Origin: Patescibacteria group bacterium
GTDB lineage: Bacteria > Patescibacteriota > Patescibacteriia > Patescibacteriales > GWC2-42-12
Direction of reading: 5' to 3'
DNA length: 64,000 nucleotides
Assembly: GCA_041662965.1 (NCBI GenBank)
Contig: JBAZRI010000001.1
Coordinates: forward strand, 35,680-99,679
The position numbers were made by a program, and so were the translations under genes. A model generated the notes under the pieces. That model had not been told where the DNA came from, did not search any database, and was given only the letters and a program-made list of their open reading frames with translations. The first letter of the stretch is position 1; the number at the start of each line of letters is the position of its first letter. Below, piece after piece: positions 61,864 to 64,000 of this stretch.

Positions 61864-61937
61864 GGGCCTATGGTCTAGTGGTATGACGCGACATTCGCAT
61901 TGTCGAGACGCCAGTCCGATTCTGGCTAGGTCCACCA
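61864..61937 (+). tRNA. tRNA-Ala (anticodon CGC), CCA encoded
   Basis: Acceptor GGGCCTA/TAGGTCC with the G3:U70 Ala identity pair. Anticodon stem CGACA/TGTCG with loop TTCGCAT. The T-loop TCCGATT is atypical. Confidence 0.8.
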
Positions 61938-62002
61938 AAAACGATTTGTCATTCCCGCGCAGGCGGGAATCCATTTCATTATAAATAATAAATAACAAAT
62001 TT

Positions 62003-62344
62003 ATGTCCATTATCATTAAATGGCTGGTCATGGTCTTAGCGATTATGATAAGCTCGTATTTAATTCCGGGCGTAGTCGTGGCCGGATTTTGGGCGGCTTT
62101 ATGGCTGGCTTTGTTTTTAGGGATTATCAATGTTTTAGTCAAGCCGATTTTAATTTTAATAACTCTGCCGATTAACATTTTAACTTTAGGCTTGTTCACT
62201 TTTGTCATTAACGCTTTGCTGATTTTACTGGCATCGTCGGTGATTGAAGGTTTTTCGGTCGGCGGTTTTTGGATCGCCATGCTGTTCAGCATTGTTTTAT
62301 CGGTTGTCAGTTATTTTTTAAACGCTTTGACAAGGGCGAAATAA
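62003..62344 (+). CDS. Small membrane protein, phage-holin-4/DUF360 (YvlD-like) family
   Basis: 113 aa with 4 TM helices and the family-like pattern ...INALLILLAS..I.GF.V.GFW.A... Confidence 0.55.
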   Translation: MSIIIKWLVMVLAIMISSYLIPGVVVAGFWAALWLALFLGIINVLVKPILILITLPINILTLGLFTFVINALLILLASSVIEGFSVGGFWIAMLFSIVLSVVSYFLNALTRAK

Positions 62345-62352
62345 GAATTCAG

Positions 62353-62385
62353 CCCCTTTTAGCAAAGGGGTCGCCCATAAGGGCG
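62353..62385. repeat. Hairpin of family 'cccc(c)tttNNNaaagggg(g)' plus an adjacent cgcccataagggcg hairpin
   Basis: ccccttttagcaaagggg. Other family copies lie at 14728..14748, 31461..31479 and 51944..51961. Confidence 0.75.
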
Positions 62386-62420
62386 GGGGATTTTATTATT
62401 CGTAATTAATAATTGATTTT

Positions 62421-62491
62421 CGGGCCATCGTATACCGGTAGTACGCACGATTCGGGTTCGTGTAGACTGGGTTCAATTCCCAGTGGCCCGA
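62421..62491 (+). tRNA. tRNA-Pro (anticodon CGG)
   Basis: Acceptor CGGGCCA/TGGCCCG (C1:G72 is typical of bacterial tRNA-Pro). Anticodon stem CACGA/TCGTG with loop TTCGGGT. T-arm CTGGG-TTCAATT-CCCAG. CCA is not encoded. Confidence 0.85.
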
Positions 62492-62504
62492 CAGGTAAAT
62501 AAAA

Positions 62505-62544
62505 AAGGTTCTCTTTGGGATTAACCCCAAAGAGAACCTTTTTC
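62505..62544 (+). terminator. Rho-independent terminator after tRNA-Pro
   Basis: aaggttctctttggg-attaac-cccaaagagaacctt followed by ttt. Confidence 0.7.
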
Positions 62545-62660
62545 GTTGTGATCCAATAATGCAGCCTAATTCCTTCTTATTTTTAATTTTATATTTTTCC
62601 TCTTAATTAGTTGTGGATAAGTATTTTTTAAAATAGCTATTATAAGCTATTTTTTATTAT

Positions 62661-62689
62661 TTGACAGTCATATTTTAGTCATATATAAT
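62661..62689 (+). promoter_or_regulatory. Consensus sigma70 promoter of lexA with direct repeats in the spacer
   Basis: TTGACA (62661-62666), a 17-nt spacer, then TATAAT (62684-62689). The spacer gtcatattttagtcata contains 'agtcata' twice. Confidence 0.55.
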
Positions 62690-62697
62690 ATAGATAT

Positions 62698-63339
62698 ATG
62701 ATAAAAAATATTACTCCAAAACAGAAAAAAGTACTAGAAATAATATATAATAATATAAAATCTACCGGCTTTCCTCCCACTTTAGCCGACTTAAAGAATG
62801 AATTAGACGTATCTTCTAACCAGGCAGTTTTAAATTATTTAGCGGCCCTTAAGAGTAAGGGGTGTATCGAGCGAGCAGAAGGACAAGCCAGAGGAATAAG
62901 AATTTTGCCTTTAGGCTATAAGATTTTAAATAAAGATCAGTTAGTGCCTGTCGTCGGCGAGACTGCGGCAGGCCCTTTTATTGAAACTCTTGAAGAAACT
63001 TCATTCACCTGGACCTCTCTGCCGGGGCAGATATTGAACGATGAAAAAATTACTCAATCAAATGAAAAAATGTTTGCCGTAAAAGTCAACGGAGATTCAA
63101 TGATAAATGTCGGGATTGATAATGGCGATATGCTTTTGGTAAAAGTAGTTAAAGAATTTAAAAGCGGTGATATTATCCTGGCGAGAACCGACGCAGGAAC
63201 TACCGTAAAAAGATTTATAGCTGACGGAGGAAAGAGATATTTAAAACCGGAAAATCCGAATTATAAAAATATTACTATTATTCCCGGCGAAGTGGAATTC
63301 CAAGGCAAAGTAATTTTAAATCTTAGTAAAGTAAAATAA
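62698..63339 (+). CDS. lexA: LexA-like repressor (wHTH + S24 peptidase)
   Basis: An N-terminal wHTH (FPPTLADLKNELDVSSNQAVLNYLAALKSKGCI), an AAG cleavage-site-like ETAAGPF, Ser in NGDSM, and Lys in TVKRF. Confidence 0.8.
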   Translation: MIKNITPKQKKVLEIIYNNIKSTGFPPTLADLKNELDVSSNQAVLNYLAALKSKGCIERAEGQARGIRILPLGYKILNKDQLVPVVGETAAGPFIETLEETSFTWTSLPGQILNDEKITQSNEKMFAVKVNGDSMINVGIDNGDMLLVKVVKEFKSGDIILARTDAGTTVKRFIADGGKRYLKPENPNYKNITIIPGEVEFQGKVILNLSKVK

Positions 63340-63344
63340 AAAAT

Positions 63345-64000
63345 ATGGCAAATCAAAAATTAGCCAGTGAAATTATCGGTAAGATATTTCGTAATCCGGA
63401 TATGCAATACGGCTTATCCGTATTTGAAGGCATTAAGCCGGAGTTAGTGCTTGAATTTTCAGAAAAAGACGGAAAATATTATTTAAAGTGCCTGAAGAGA
63501 AATAAAAATTTGGTAGCCAAGCCGGAGGAAATTATCCGCCAGCTCATGGTTTATAAATTGATTAATCAATATAAATATCCGCTTGACCGAATTGACGTTG
63601 AGGTTGACGTGCAATTCGGCCGGGAAGTCGGAAAAAAACGAGCCGATATAGTTATATATCGCGACGACGGCAAAACGCCATATTTAGTGGTAGAAGTTAA
63701 AAAACCGGACGTTAAAGACGGACTGGGGCAGTTAAAAAGTTATGCCAACGCTACCGGCGCGCCCATCTTAGTTTTAACCGACGGGAAAATTCAAAATAAT
63801 ATTTTGAGGACTGATCCGAATCTTTTTGAAGATCTCTTGGAGATTCCTAAATTTAATGAAACCGTGGAAGACGTGCGCTCTAAAAAAATCGTTTATGAAG
63901 ACCTTGAAGAAATCGCCAATTTAAAACAGCTGATTTACGATTTGCAGGAAGTTGTTTTAGCCAATAGCGGGGTTGATTCTTTTGATGAGATATTTAAGCT
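63345..64000 (+). CDS. 3'-partial protein with an HsdR_N-type (PD-(D/E)xK) N-terminal domain, probably the start of a restriction/modification enzyme
   Basis: Translated by hand: open from the ATG at 63345 to the window end. It contains ...RADIVIYRDDGKTPYLVVEVKKP...LKSYANATGAPILVLTDG... (HsdR_N pattern), then ...ANSGVDSFDEIFK, as seen at the start of N6-MTase modules. Confidence 0.55.
   Translation, partial: MANQKLASEIIGKIFRNPDMQYGLSVFEGIKPELVLEFSEKDGKYYLKCLKRNKNLVAKPEEIIRQLMVYKLINQYKYPLDRIDVEVDVQFGREVGKKRADIVIYRDDGKTPYLVVEVKKPDVKDGLGQLKSYANATGAPILVLTDGKIQNNILRTDPNLFEDLLEIPKFNETVEDVRSKKIVYEDLEEIANLKQLIYDLQEVVLANSGVDSFDEIFK

Overview
This 64-kb window looks like a fragment of an AT-rich, small-genome bacterium. 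By inference it resembles Candidate Phyla Radiation / Patescibacteria (Parcubacteria-like): giant LamG/DUF2341 surface proteins, a 23S-IVS-type four-helix-bundle gene, type IV pilin-like genes, an O-antigen-ligase/TPR protein, almost no Shine-Dalgarno (SD) sequences, and intergenic spacers packed with short palindromic repeats. The code appears standard, since TGA acts as a stop in the ATGA overlap at 55411-55414. Layout: (i) 1-20.1 kb is an accessory array of seven ORFs for paralogous modular LamG/DUF2341 surface proteins. It is interrupted by a DUF3800-like gene, an AAA-ATPase gene that appears to split one LamG gene, and a Bro-N/DinD-like gene; one member carries an embedded Hint (bacterial intein-like) domain. 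(ii) 20.1-22.9 kb holds a four-helix-bundle gene inside long inverted repeats and an O-antigen-ligase/TPR membrane protein. (iii) 23.3-28.5 kb (minus strand) is a purC-purE-purB plus split-purH island with strong SD sites, next to tRNA-Leu. (iv) 29-51.5 kb is housekeeping: parAB, dnaE, T-box-thrS, gyrB, rodA/ftsW, L25, pilins, prmC-prfA, L31, S2-tsf, ricT. (v) 52-58.4 kb holds an orphan gene, gap, and an [FeFe]-hydrogenase module. (vi) 58.4-64 kb holds an orphan promoter-to-terminator ncRNA candidate, cca, cyclophilin, tRNA-Ala, tRNA-Pro, lexA and a 3'-partial HsdR_N-domain gene. The main points for follow-up are at least 10 families of hairpin repeats, several apparently inserted in frame into coding sequences (including gap); the modular LamG array with a conserved C-terminal tail; the Hint domain; and the foreign-looking pur island. 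All calls come from reading the sequence and ORF translations; no database searches or computations were run.
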